A stretch of 64,000 bases of DNA from Candidatus Onthoplasma sp. (GTDB taxonomy: Bacteria; Bacillota; Clostridia; Christensenellales; UBA1242): assembly GCA_965646995.1 (NCBI GenBank), contig CBFGBH010000007.1, positions 4,585-68,584 of the forward strand, in the 5' to 3' direction. This document shows positions 36,781-47,656 of the stretch, in pieces. The stretch's first letter is position 1, and each line of letters opens with the position of its first letter. The position numbers and the translations under genes were made by a program. Under the pieces are notes generated by a model that was given only the letters and a program-made list of their open reading frames with translations, made no database searches and was not told the origin of the DNA.

Positions 36781-37209
36781 TTATTCGTTTTTGGTTAAAG
36801 TAATTGATATATATGACATTGCAAACGACATAAAGCAACTAAGCAAGATATTAGGATATGAAGCATTAAATGCTAGATTATATATTGAATCTTCAATTGA
36901 AGCATTGTTCGTGAAATTAAATATAAGATAGCATATGATGATGAAAATTATAAATGCTAATATTACTACCAAAATTATTTCTTTAGCGCTTTTAGAAATC
37001 AAAAGTGATGACAATGCTGTAAAGAATAATATAATAATGAATGTTACAAATAATACTGAGAAAAATATTAAAAATAATGAATAACTAGTGCTTTGTAATT
37101 TTAGTGCTTTTATTAGTTGCACTAACTGATAAATGGAATAAACTACAAATATTAAATTAATTATAGTTACTTCTATAAATAGTATCAATTTTGTTCTTCT
37201 TTCTATCAT
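36781..37209 (-). CDS. Small polytopic membrane protein, divergent from an XRE regulator
   Basis: 142 aa with about 4 TM segments. AGGAG RBS. Confidence 0.6.
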   Translation of the reverse strand: MIERRTKLILFIEVTIINLIFVVYSIYQLVQLIKALKLQSTSYSLFLIFFSVLFVTFIIILFFTALSSLLISKSAKEIILVVILAFIIFIIICYLIFNFTNNASIEDSIYNLAFNASYPNILLSCFMSFAMSYISITLTKNE

Positions 37210-37220
37210 AAAATCTCCTA

Positions 37221-37261
37221 ATGTAACATATTGTTACATTTATAGAGTAACATAATGTTAC
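37221..37261. promoter_or_regulatory. Two palindromic operators sharing the half-site GTAACAT
   Basis: ATGTAACA-TAT-TGTTACAT (37221-37239) and GTAACAT-A-ATGTTAC (37247-37261), between the divergent genes. Confidence 0.6.
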
Positions 37262-37265
37262 ACTA

Positions 37266-37505
37266 ATGTCAATAGATTTTTATGATTATTTGGAGATAAA
37301 ATTGAAAGGTTTAAAGCTTATTAGAAAGCAAAAAAATCTTAATCAACAAAAAATAGCCATAGACTTAAATATATCAAGAGAGGCATTGTCTTACTATGAG
37401 AATGGGAAAAGAGAGCCGAGTCTTAGATTATTGATAGACATGTCTAAATATTTCAATGTAAGCATTGATTACTTAATAACAGGTGAAGAATTTAAGAAAA
37501 GATAA
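37266..37505 (+). CDS. XRE-family HTH regulator
   Basis: QQKIAIDLNISREALSYYENGKREPSLRLLIDMSKYFNVSIDYLI. ATG 37266 has no RBS; the TTG at 37302 after GGAGA is an alternative start (67 aa). Confidence 0.8.
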   Translation: MSIDFYDYLEIKLKGLKLIRKQKNLNQQKIAIDLNISREALSYYENGKREPSLRLLIDMSKYFNVSIDYLITGEEFKKR

Positions 37506-37513
37506 AAAACAGC

Positions 37514-38545
<1,032 letters not shown>

Positions 38546-38621
38546 TTAAAATTATTGTATTAGATGAGCATTTATTTGTCAAATGTATTTTAATTTTTCT
38601 CTTGCTGGAGACAATCTAAAC

Positions 38622-39194
38622 ATGATATTTGCCGTTTTTGCCTACATTATTGCCAGTATTGTCACATTCATAGTATGTGAGCGTATTCGTGTGTCTAATC
38701 ATATTTTGCCCGACTTAAGACTTAGTAAAACCGGAATTATATTTACATCTCGTGCTCGTCATAGACTTCCTATTCAAGATGCTAAAATCATGCAAATAAA
38801 TAAGTCAGTTTTTATAAAATTTGGTAATAAAATGATAACTTTAATAAATGTAGACAGAGTGTATCTGAAATCCGGGTTTCTTTATTTTACAGCTCTTGGC
38901 AAATGTAGAATAGTTTTCAATGCCAAGAAGATATATAAATATTTTAATATCAATATTATTTCGGATAAATTCAATATAGACACACTTAAGAGAGAAGCTA
39001 TACTTGACATGATTGAACATAAGTTCAAGTATGAAGAATGCGACAAATTAAAGCGTTTTATTCACATTATGACTAAAATATTGATGATTAAGATAGAAGA
39101 TAAAAAGATAGAAGTTAAGCAAAACAAATTTCATCTAAATTACACTCTTGAATATAAATTAAAAGACAAAATGAAAGTAGTGAAAATCAATTAA
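38622..39194 (+). CDS. Hypothetical N-terminally anchored protein
   Basis: ATG 38622 (MIFAVFAYIIASIVTFIV...). No motif recognised. Confidence 0.5.
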   Translation: MIFAVFAYIIASIVTFIVCERIRVSNHILPDLRLSKTGIIFTSRARHRLPIQDAKIMQINKSVFIKFGNKMITLINVDRVYLKSGFLYFTALGKCRIVFNAKKIYKYFNINIISDKFNIDTLKREAILDMIEHKFKYEECDKLKRFIHIMTKILMIKIEDKKIEVKQNKFHLNYTLEYKLKDKMKVVKIN

Positions 39195-39233
39195 CTATTT
39201 TACTATTTTTTCATTATATGTTATAATTTTAAT

Positions 39234-40511
39234 ATGAAAAAGATTAATGACGAAGTTAGTATTGACAATACTCCACTAGCCGAACGTATGCGTGCTCGCA
39301 CGCTGGACGAATTTGTCGGTCAGACTCATATAGTAGGGAAAGATAGTCTCATACGCAGAGCCTTGTCAGTGAATAGACTGGGTAGTTGTATTTTTTATGG
39401 CACGCCAGGAGTAGGCAAGACGACGTTAGCGTACATAATAGCTAATTCACTAGGTCTAGAGTATGAGAAACTCAACGCCGTATCTAGTGGTGTAGCAGAT
39501 GCGAAACGAGTGATAGAGAGTGCAAAAAAGCATTTTGAATTGATAGGTAAAAGCACGATTTTAATCCTAGACGAGTGCCATAGATGGAGCAAGGCTCAGA
39601 GCGATAGTGTGCTTGAGGCTGTCGAGCGTGGATATATTACATTCATCGGTACGACTACCGAGAATCCTCATGTCAGCATGACGCCAGCTATTGTTAGCAG
39701 ATGTAGGATATTTAAGTTTGAGTCACTGAATGCGGATGACATAAAAGACGCACTTATCCGTGCGATTAAGGACGAAGAACGAGGCTTCGGTAGACTAAAA
39801 GTTGAACTTAGTATAGACGCACTCAACCATTTTGCTATGTTTAGCAATGGGGATCTGCGTTCCGCTTATAATGCACTAGAACTAGCGGTCACTACTACAA
39901 AACCTGATAAAAAAGGCATTATTAATATAGATAAAACCGTGGCGAGCCAGTGTATTCAACAACCAATCATCTCGGTGGATGAAAACACTTATTACGATAT
40001 GCTCAGTGCGTTTTGCAAGAGCTTAAGGGGTAGTGATAGTGACGCAGCTCTGTATTATGCCGAGCGTTTAATAGTGGCAGGTTGTGACCCATTGCTTATT
40101 TGCCGTAGACTGATAGCACATGCTAGCGAAGATGTAGGAATGGCTGATAGTAATGCTGCACTGCTAGCTATGGTAGCAATGAATGCTGTTAAAAATCTTG
40201 GCATGCCAGAAGGCAATATTCCGCTTGCCCACGCGATAATATACACTTGCGAGGCTGAGAAATCGAATAGTGTAGTAATGGCATTAAATAAGGCGAAAGA
40301 TGACGCTACATATCATCCAGACGACAATGTTCCCGAGCATTTAAAAAATCAACATTATGATATCAAAAATCCGGCAAAATATAAATATCCACACGATTAC
40401 GGCGGTTATGTGAAGCAACAATATCTTCCAGATACCCTAAAAGATAGAGTGTACTACACTCCAAGTAATAATGGTAGAGAAAAAGGACTGATAAAGAAAA
40501 AAGATAGATAA
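39234..40511 (+). CDS. rarA: Replication-associated recombination protein A (AAA+ ATPase)
   Basis: LAERMRARTLDEFVGQ, GTPGVGKTTLA, LILDECHRW and a MgsA C-terminal YYD.LSAF.KS.RGSD..AALYY motif. Confidence 0.9.
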   Translation: MKKINDEVSIDNTPLAERMRARTLDEFVGQTHIVGKDSLIRRALSVNRLGSCIFYGTPGVGKTTLAYIIANSLGLEYEKLNAVSSGVADAKRVIESAKKHFELIGKSTILILDECHRWSKAQSDSVLEAVERGYITFIGTTTENPHVSMTPAIVSRCRIFKFESLNADDIKDALIRAIKDEERGFGRLKVELSIDALNHFAMFSNGDLRSAYNALELAVTTTKPDKKGIINIDKTVASQCIQQPIISVDENTYYDMLSAFCKSLRGSDSDAALYYAERLIVAGCDPLLICRRLIAHASEDVGMADSNAALLAMVAMNAVKNLGMPEGNIPLAHAIIYTCEAEKSNSVVMALNKAKDDATYHPDDNVPEHLKNQHYDIKNPAKYKYPHDYGGYVKQQYLPDTLKDRVYYTPSNNGREKGLIKKKDR

Positions 40512-40521
40512 AAATAAATAA

Positions 40522-40700
40522 GACTCGTAGTATCACAACTCCGTTTCGTATCGCTAATTATCCCACTGCGAACCATTTCTTGTGGGGACCCTAGACGCTC
40601 AAGGCACTCGTTGTGACACTACTCGCATTTCCGTAAAATCGGAATTATTCTTCGTCATTCTGAGAGACTTCAGCTTCGTGAGAATCTAGTTCGGTTACAG
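40522..40700. other. GC-rich structured intergenic island (candidate ncRNA or degenerate repeat)
   Basis: Long-range pairing CGTAGTATCACAAC (40526-39) with GTTGTGACACTAC (40610-22). Inner hairpins CCCAC/GTGGG and TTCCG/CGGAA. Composition differs from the flanks. Confidence 0.3.
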
Positions 40701-40834
40701 ATTAAGAAAATTAGGGCATCGTAGCAATCAAAGTTATAAAGAATTAATAAATTTTATTAGCTATGATAATTAAAATGTTTGCTTTTCATTAAAATATTTT
40801 CTATAATATTAAAGTACAATTTAAGGAGGAAAGT

Positions 40835-41374
40835 ATGGAATTAAAAGGTAGTAAAACCGAACAAAATCTTATGACCGCATTTGCAGGGGAGAGTCAGGCT
40901 AGGAATAAATATGCATATTATGCTAGTCAAGCGAAGAAAGACGGCTACGAGCAGATAGCAGCCATTTTCACTGAGACTGCAGACAACGAGAAAGAGCACG
41001 CTAAAATGTGGTTCAAACTATTACATGGTGGAGCTGTGCCAGACACATTGACCAATCTTAAGGATGCGGCTTCAGGCGAGAATTATGAGCATACGACTAT
41101 GTATAAGGAGTTTGCCGCTACAGCGAAGAAAGAGGGCTTTACCGCTATTGCTAAAATGTTTGAAGGTGTAGCTAAAATTGAAGCTGAGCATGAGGCTAGA
41201 TACAATGCATTACTTGAGAATGTGAAGAAAAATAAATGCTTTGTGAAGAAAGAAGTAGTAGTATGGGTATGCCGTAACTGCGGACACAAACATGTAGGTA
41301 AGACAGCTCCTAAAGTTTGTCCAGTATGCGCTCATCCACAAGCATATTTCGAAGTAGAGTCTAAAAATTATTAA
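40835..41374 (+). CDS. rbr: Rubrerythrin
   Basis: GESQARNKY and EKEHA...EAEH ferritin-like di-iron motifs, plus a C-terminal CRNCGH...CPVCAHP rubredoxin domain. Confidence 0.95.
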   Translation: MELKGSKTEQNLMTAFAGESQARNKYAYYASQAKKDGYEQIAAIFTETADNEKEHAKMWFKLLHGGAVPDTLTNLKDAASGENYEHTTMYKEFAATAKKEGFTAIAKMFEGVAKIEAEHEARYNALLENVKKNKCFVKKEVVVWVCRNCGHKHVGKTAPKVCPVCAHPQAYFEVESKNY

Positions 41375-41379
41375 AAAAA

Positions 41380-41408
41380 GACCACCAGTTTATTTGGTGG
41401 TTTTTTTA
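41380..41408 (+). terminator. Intrinsic terminator after rbr
   Basis: CCACCA-loop-TGGTGG followed by TTTTTTT. Confidence 0.7.
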
Positions 41409-41521
41409 TGATAGTTAATTATTCTCAATTTTGCGCTCTTTACTACCTTATGTTTTTGTGAATGTTCTGTTTCCATTAGACATATGTCGATATTGGGCAA
41501 TTTGTTGAAAGATCTGAAAAT

Positions 41522-41547
41522 AAAAAACTGGCGATTGCCAGTTTTTA
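41522..41547. terminator. Terminator downstream of the 41554-43350 gene
   Basis: AAAAACTGGC-loop-GCCAGTTTTT. Confidence 0.6.
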
Positions 41548-41553
41548 TATATA

Positions 41554-43350
41554 CTATATTATATCAAATGCTGATGCTGCAGTAATGCCATCTATTACAT
41601 CATCTACTAATACTTGGATATCTGCGTCAGACTTAGGTGTACCAGCATCTCTTAGATGACCAGCTACTTTACCACAAATATCTATAAGTGTAGTCTTACG
41701 AGCAGTCTTACCTTTTCCTTCTAAATATTTATCAGGAATAGTAAATGTAACATCTCTACCTTTCTTTGATTTGTCTACTGCATAGTCTAGAGTAACGGTT
41801 ACTTCATTTGTATCTTTATTCAATTTTACTGAATAGAATGAACCCATTTTACTGCTTGGGGTTAATACTACAACTCTCGGAGTTCTTGGGGGAACAGGAA
41901 CAACAGGAGTAACAGGAACAACAGGAGTAACAGGAACAACAGGAGTAACAGGAACAACAGAAGTAATAGGAATAACAGGAGTTACAGGAGGAACGGGAGC
42001 AACAGGTATAATAGGTGGAGTTCTTGGAGTTAATCCATATAGTTCGTCATACATCTTTAGCATTTTTCTTAAATAAGCTTGATTTAATAGACCTATTTTA
42101 TTTTTGTTCTTCTTAGCTGACTTGACTGCAGATTTATCAAGCATATCAGCCATATCATCTGGAGTAGTCTCATAATGTCTAACTACGATATCGCCATAGC
42201 GATTGTTAGCCATAAATTCCTCTAAGAAAGCATTCATGTATGTTCCAGTAAATTCATCATAGCGGGCACGCCTAATAGCATCACTAACATCAATCTGTGT
42301 AGCATCGAATTCTAATTTGTATTTAGTGTCCATTACTTCATGTAATCTATTTCTGTTTTTCTTCATTAATCTCCAAGCTTTTAACTTTTTGAAAGGATTA
42401 TCAGAAGCATTTAATGTTATTATTTCAGCTTCAGTGTCTTGCATCATTTTCATCAAGAGTACTAAAGGCATTTCAGATTTGGCTTTTTTAATTTGTCTAA
42501 TTTGTTTTTTAGTTAAAGGCGTCGTAGATGATAATAAATCCATAATATCTACTAAATCTGTATCAGAATTTAGGATATTATTATTTTCAGCATTTTTTCT
42601 ACCATAAACTTTTTGATAGTGTCTCTTAGTAAATACATCTTTTAAAACTATTAATGTGGCAGCAACCACACTACCGCCAAATAGACCAACTATAGCGAGT
42701 GAACTGATATCTGCCCAGGCATTACCTGTTAGCGCAGGGGTAACACCTAGTACACCAGCAGCACCATATATACTACCAAAAATAGAGCATGCTACACCAG
42801 TGGCTAAGGCAGGTATACCAATCTTTTTAAGCGCAAAAGTACGTTTAGGTTTCATCTTTCTTAAAGTGAAAGGTTGATTAATCGCTGTCTCTTCAGTATT
42901 ATCATAAAAATCAAAATACTGTATCCATAATTTCTCTGGGTCATCAATATTTAGACGCTTTCCTTTCCCAATAGAAGTTCTAATAATAGGAGCAATTACA
43001 TGAGCTTTTTCATAAATTTGAACTTCGCCATTAGCTAAACCATCAACGAAAGCTATAAATTCTTCATACTTTTCCTTATATTTAGTATCAAAATCTGGGT
43101 CATTGAAATAATGAGTATCCACGATTGCTGTAGGATCAGCTAGTCTACGATTGATTATACTATCTCTTTTCATATCAGTTAGAGTATGAGCTGACTCATC
43201 ATAAGCTACATTTAATACCCCTTTATGAGTATCATAGGTATTACGATGGTTTAAATAGTCTGAAAAACTAGTAGCAGCATCTTCCGCTAAATATTCATTA
43301 AATAATACTACAATGTCTTTAATAGTAACCGGCATATTTGTTGTTGCCAT
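41554..43350 (-). CDS. 598-aa protein with a central two-TM Gly-rich hairpin, a Pro/Val/Thr hexapeptide-repeat linker and a small C-terminal domain
   Basis: GGAGGGG RBS and ATG 43350. TM hairpin [27 protein letters not shown]...[22 protein letters not shown]. (V)TPVVPV repeats. Confidence 0.75.
   Translation of the reverse strand: MATTNMPVTIKDIVVLFNEYLAEDAATSFSDYLNHRNTYDTHKGVLNVAYDESAHTLTDMKRDSIINRRLADPTAIVDTHYFNDPDFDTKYKEKYEEFIAFVDGLANGEVQIYEKAHVIAPIIRTSIGKGKRLNIDDPEKLWIQYFDFYDNTEETAINQPFTLRKMKPKRTFALKKIGIPALATGVACSIFGSIYGAAGVLGVTPALTGNAWADISSLAIVGLFGGSVVAATLIVLKDVFTKRHYQKVYGRKNAENNNILNSDTDLVDIMDLLSSTTPLTKKQIRQIKKAKSEMPLVLLMKMMQDTEAEIITLNASDNPFKKLKAWRLMKKNRNRLHEVMDTKYKLEFDATQIDVSDAIRRARYDEFTGTYMNAFLEEFMANNRYGDIVVRHYETTPDDMADMLDKSAVKSAKKNKNKIGLLNQAYLRKMLKMYDELYGLTPRTPPIIPVAPVPPVTPVIPITSVVPVTPVVPVTPVVPVTPVVPVPPRTPRVVVLTPSSKMGSFYSVKLNKDTNEVTVTLDYAVDKSKKGRDVTFTIPDKYLEGKGKTARKTTLIDICGKVAGHLRDAGTPKSDADIQVLVDDVIDGITAASAFDII
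41894..42019. repeat. 18-bp tandem repeat, 7 units (3 identical, then progressively degenerate)
   Basis: ACAGGAACAACAGGAGTA x3 at 41894-41947, followed by diverged units. Encodes TPVVPV-type hexapeptides on the minus strand. Confidence 0.85.
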
Positions 43351-43531
43351 ATTCCCCTCCAATAAAGAATTAATCTTTAATTACTGATAGTATAATACGC
43401 AAACGAGATTTTGTCAATACCGATTTTTAAAATTTTTTCAATTTTTCACTATATTATATATTAATATTACTATTTTGATAGAAAATTAAAAAGACATAGA
43501 TGTTTTATATACTTTCTATGTCTAAATATTT

Positions 43532-44182
43532 TTATTTTATAGTTATAAAAGTAAGCATTTTATCTACTACTTGTTCAATACTAAGTTTAGTAGAATCGAC
43601 GATAATAGCGCCATCTGGTACGACTAGACGAGCTACTTGTTTCGTCATATCGAATTCATCTCTTGCTCGGATTTGTTCTTTAATGTCTTTTAATTTTATT
43701 TTGGTTTTCTTAGACTTTTCTTCCTTGAATCTTCTTCTTGCTCGCTCGTCTAGTGAACACTCGAGATAGAATTTGACATCGGCATTAGGGAATACGAAAC
43801 TCCCAGTATCTCGACCATCTATCACGATATTATTCTTACTGCCGAATTTTCGTTGACAGGTATCAATAATTTCACGAATACGCTTATCATTGCTGACTAG
43901 AGGAGAACTTATACTTACTTCATTGTCTCGTAATCTCGAAGTGTAGTCTATATCATTGACATATACATATTGTATATTATCTATAAATAGAGTAGTGAGT
44001 TTTAGTTTCGTTAATTCTCTATCTGTAATGTTATAAAAATCAATTTTTTTATCTAGAAAATATGCAGTCACTCCACGATAAAGTGAACCTGAATTAAAAT
44101 GGATAAAATTAAGCCTTTTAGCTAAATGTTCTGCAATGGTAGATTTTCCACTTCCAGCTGGACCATCAATAGTGATTATCAT
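43532..44182 (-). CDS. cmk: Cytidylate kinase
   Basis: [15 protein letters not shown]...NSGSLYR. The ATG overlaps the eno stop (ATGA). Confidence 0.9.
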   Translation of the reverse strand: MIITIDGPAGSGKSTIAEHLAKRLNFIHFNSGSLYRGVTAYFLDKKIDFYNITDRELTKLKLTTLFIDNIQYVYVNDIDYTSRLRDNEVSISSPLVSNDKRIREIIDTCQRKFGSKNNIVIDGRDTGSFVFPNADVKFYLECSLDERARRRFKEEKSKKTKIKLKDIKEQIRARDEFDMTKQVARLVVPDGAIIVDSTKLSIEQVVDKMLTFITIK

Positions 44183-45435
44183 AATTTAAACTTTGCCTTT
44201 TTCCCTAGATTTCTCTCAATTCTAATTAATTGATTGTATTTTGCTACTCTGTCAGTTCTGCATATCGAACCGGACTTGATTTGACCTGCATCCAGACCGA
44301 CTGCGAGGTCTGCAATAGTAGTATCTTCACTCTCGCCACTGCGATGTGAGATGATAGTCTTGTATCCATTGTCTTGAGCGAGTTTAATAGTCTCGAGTGT
44401 TTCAGTTAGAGTTCCGATTTGATTGAGTTTGATTAGGATTGCATTAGCGACCTTTTTCTCAATACCTTCCTTTAATATTTTAGGATTGGTTACGAATATA
44501 TCATCGCCCACGATTTGAATTTTGTTGCCCAACCGTTCAGTCATCTTCGCCCAGCCGTCCCAGTCATTTTCGCCGAGTGGGTCCTCTATAGAGATTATAG
44601 GATAGGTCTTGATGAGTTCAGTATACCATTTTATCATTTGTGCGGTAGTGAGACTTCCGCCATTACTTTTCGTTAAATCATATTTTTTGGTCTTAGGATT
44701 ATAAAATTCACTTGCAGCTACATCCATAGCGATGGCAATGTCTTTTTTAGGCTCGTATCCGGCATTTTTGATAGCTTGGACTATCGCTTGCAATGGTTGC
44801 TCATTGTCTTTGAAATTTGGAGCAAAGCCACCCTCATCGCCGACAGCTGTAGGGTAGCCCATAGATTTTAATACTTTTTTTAGTTCTACGAATGTCTCCC
44901 CGGCAAATTGCATCGCTTCACTAAAAGTCTTAGCACCTACAGGTACAATCATATATTCTTGAAAGTCCACATTGCTGTCCGCATGCGCACCACCATTGAT
45001 GACATTCATCATAGGTACAGGTAGAGTAGTGCCGTTACCAAATGTTTTGAATAGTGGTTTATTTCTATTTAAGGCATTGGCTCGTGCTACAGCGAGACTC
45101 ACAGAAAGAATCGCATTAGCACCGAGATTATTTTTGAATTCAGTGCCATCTAATTCTAGCATTTTTTTATCAATTAGTTCTTGCTTTGCTACATCCATAC
45201 CGATGATTGCTTTTGATATGATTTTGTTTACATTTTCTACTGCCTTTAATACGCCTTTACCATGGAAGCGAGTGCCGCCATCTCTTAGTTCCAATGCTTC
45301 ACGCTCGCCAGTAGATGCTCCGCTAGGCACAATAGCACTAACTCGCACTCCATTTTCGAGCGTAACTTCACATTCCACAGTAGGATTGCCTCGGCTGTCG
45401 ATTACTTCGTATGCTACGATATTTTCAATCTTCAT
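44179..45435 (-). CDS. eno: Enolase
   Basis: [35 protein letters not shown] and IKSGS.CR.DR.AKYNQL. Confidence 0.95.
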   Translation of the reverse strand: MKIENIVAYEVIDSRGNPTVECEVTLENGVRVSAIVPSGASTGEREALELRDGGTRFHGKGVLKAVENVNKIISKAIIGMDVAKQELIDKKMLELDGTEFKNNLGANAILSVSLAVARANALNRNKPLFKTFGNGTTLPVPMMNVINGGAHADSNVDFQEYMIVPVGAKTFSEAMQFAGETFVELKKVLKSMGYPTAVGDEGGFAPNFKDNEQPLQAIVQAIKNAGYEPKKDIAIAMDVAASEFYNPKTKKYDLTKSNGGSLTTAQMIKWYTELIKTYPIISIEDPLGENDWDGWAKMTERLGNKIQIVGDDIFVTNPKILKEGIEKKVANAILIKLNQIGTLTETLETIKLAQDNGYKTIISHRSGESEDTTIADLAVGLDAGQIKSGSICRTDRVAKYNQLIRIERNLGKKAKFKL

Positions 45436-45594
45436 ATTTCCCCCTTAATACTATATCAATTATAACATAATAACCTAAATAATGAAAATATTTAAAAGTA
45501 TATTAACTAAATTTATAAAATAAATATTGATATTAATTTTTATTTAGACTATAGCAAATTTTTTTAGTTTTTCTAAAAATTTTTTAAAAACCCC

Positions 45595-45627
45595 TTGTCA
45601 AAATTTGAAAAAGGGGGGGGGTATACT
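45595..45627 (+). promoter_or_regulatory. Promoter-like element with a G9 tract in a 21-nt spacer
   Basis: TTGTCA (45595-600), AAATTTGAAAAA, G9, TATACT (45622-27). Preceded by CTAAAAATTTTTTAAAAA, the same UP-like module as the rRNA promoters. Confidence 0.5.
45613..45621. repeat. G9 homopolymer
   Basis: Read as GGG GGG GGG in the ORF-track translation (KGGGY). Confidence 0.95.
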
Positions 45628-45660
45628 AGAGTTGAATTCGAAAGATTCATAAGAGGTATT

Positions 45661-46242
45661 ATGACTAAAGAAGAAAAGCAGGCTTTAAAACACTTGAGAA
45701 TGTCAGAGAAAGAAGCCACTAGAAAAATGAAAGAAGAAGAAATTCAATTTAGAAAGGAGCAAAAAGTTAGGGAGGCAGAAGAAAGATATGATGAATTTGT
45801 CGCTCGTCTAACAGACGAAGAGAAACAGGGAATGGCGACTTTAGGGCTTAATGGTTTAAAAAATTTGGCGGAGAAACAGAGAAAATCTAAATCATCATTA
45901 TTAATAGGTAAGATTACGCTAGCGTCAATAGGATTGGTGTGCATTGGATTAACTACAATATTAGCCACACTCTCACTCATAACGTTAGTTCCAGCTCTAT
46001 CATTAGGACTTTTTGGAATTGGTATTGCATGCAGTTCAGTTATTCTAGATACTAATTCACAAAAATTTTATAAATGTGATTTTGAGTCAATGGCTAGATA
46101 CTATGAAGAACATGCAGATGAGATGGAGAAACTTAGAGCCGAGATAGAGAAAGCAAAGGCAGTCGAGAAAAAAGATGCAGTTGACGAACGCTTAATTCTA
46201 AAGAAGTTAAATAGAGATTATAGAGAGTCTATGAAACAATAG
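45661..46242 (+). CDS. Coiled-coil protein with a central two-TM hairpin; in-frame TAG followed by 40 more open codons
   Basis: AAGAGG RBS and ATG 45661. The TM pair lies at about 45898-46051. See the finding on the TAG at 46240. Confidence 0.65.
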   Translation: MTKEEKQALKHLRMSEKEATRKMKEEEIQFRKEQKVREAEERYDEFVARLTDEEKQGMATLGLNGLKNLAEKQRKSKSSLLIGKITLASIGLVCIGLTTILATLSLITLVPALSLGLFGIGIACSSVILDTNSQKFYKCDFESMARYYEEHADEMEKLRAEIEKAKAVEKKDAVDERLILKKLNRDYRESMKQ

Positions 46243-46515
46243 AGACAGGAGCGTAAATTAATAGCAAAAATGGAAAAACAGCATAGACGAGAAGAAAAGA
46301 AAAAGAAAGTAGAAGAGACATTAAATGAAGATTCAGCCAACACCGACCATAATACAGATTTATAAATTGATAAACATGAAGTGAATTCCGAAAGAGTCAC
46401 TTAATTTTTTGTAAATTTAAACTAAAAATTAATATGTTTAATGTTGCAATTAAATAATTTGTCAAGTTTTATATATTAAGTTTCTTTTCAAATTTATATA
46501 TGTTATAATGAATGT

Positions 46516-47109
46516 ATGAATATTATTAAAATTGCATTAAAATCAAGTAAGAATTCAAATATATTCCTAGTTTCTACGAATATGGGCGAATATTTATTAC
46601 ATAGTGATATAATAGTGAAATTTGGTATCGCAGTCGGCGAGCTTAGTGATGAAAAGTTTTTTAATGCGTTGTCAGAGAGTATGGAACTAATTGCATTGAA
46701 TACTGCTATTAAGTATATGACCAACGCTATCAAGAGCGAGAAGCAATTACGAGACTATTTATATAAAAAAGAATTTAAAACTGCCACAATCAATGCAGTA
46801 GTGAAGAAGCTGAAAGAATATAATATAATAAATGACACCAATTTCGTCAGTTCGTATATCAAATCAAATCCGAATTTTAGCCGAAATAAATTAAGGCAGA
46901 AACTCTCCTCATTCGGTATTAAAAGTGATATATTTGATACTCAATTAGTAGAAGTGGACGAAATTTCATCCTGTGAGCGTGAAGTCAATAAATTCTTCCG
47001 CGCTAGAGAGATAACGAAAGAAAATACAGAGAAATTAATGCGTCGACTATATTCGCAGGGCTATAGTTACGATACCATTAGACGCGTAGTCAAAAATAAT
47101 GAAGAGTAA
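46516..47109 (+). CDS. recX: Recombination regulator RecX
   Basis: Three-repeat helical pattern: LRDYLYKKEF...AVVKKLKEYNIINDTNFVSSYIKS...KLRQKLSSFGI. Confidence 0.7.
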   Translation: MNIIKIALKSSKNSNIFLVSTNMGEYLLHSDIIVKFGIAVGELSDEKFFNALSESMELIALNTAIKYMTNAIKSEKQLRDYLYKKEFKTATINAVVKKLKEYNIINDTNFVSSYIKSNPNFSRNKLRQKLSSFGIKSDIFDTQLVEVDEISSCEREVNKFFRAREITKENTEKLMRRLYSQGYSYDTIRRVVKNNEE

Positions 47110-47215
47110 AGTTAGTAAAGACATCTCGACTACGCTAAATATTATAAATATTGTTTTTCACAAGAACTGACTTCGTACTAGTGCAATATAGTGAAGAATC
47201 AAAAATGGAGAAATT

Positions 47216-47629
47216 ATGATAGGAATAGATATAGAGCGAAATGATAGATTTTTAGGCTGGGATGAGAAGAAATTAAAGCGAATTTTTACTCCCGCCGAAA
47301 TTGAATATGCACTAAAACAGGGAAACCCAGCTCGGCATTTTTGCGGTTTTTTTTGTGTAAAGGAAGCACTAGTGAAAGCTCTAAATAATCAGTCTATAGA
47401 GTATAAGAAAATCGAGATTCTCCACACCGACACGAATAAGCCATATATTAAAATTTCATCATATGTTCAATCGTTATTAAATAATGAAAAATTAAATAAA
47501 AATTTTAAAATCAGCCCCAAAAATAGCGAAAAACCAAGTGAAAATACAACTAAATCAAAAAATTCCACTATAGATATTAGTATTTCACACACTGACGCAT
47601 ATTCCACCGCAGTAGTACAGATATTATAG
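47216..47629 (+). CDS. acpS: Holo-ACP synthase with a ~35-aa low-complexity insertion
   Basis: MIGIDIE, FTPAEIEY, F..KEALVKAL and ISISHTDAYSTAVV. The N/K/S-rich insert lies at about 47470-47575. Confidence 0.8.
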   Translation: MIGIDIERNDRFLGWDEKKLKRIFTPAEIEYALKQGNPARHFCGFFCVKEALVKALNNQSIEYKKIEILHTDTNKPYIKISSYVQSLLNNEKLNKNFKISPKNSEKPSENTTKSKNSTIDISISHTDAYSTAVVQIL

Positions 47630-47656
47630 AATTTATGCGGTATATATAGATAAAAA

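Noticed and set aside
46240-46242. Reading the in-frame TAG as pyrrolysine.
   Set aside because: No pyl genes or methylamine methyltransferase context are visible, and other genes in the window end in TAG normally. A nonsense mutation or read-through is the simpler explanation.
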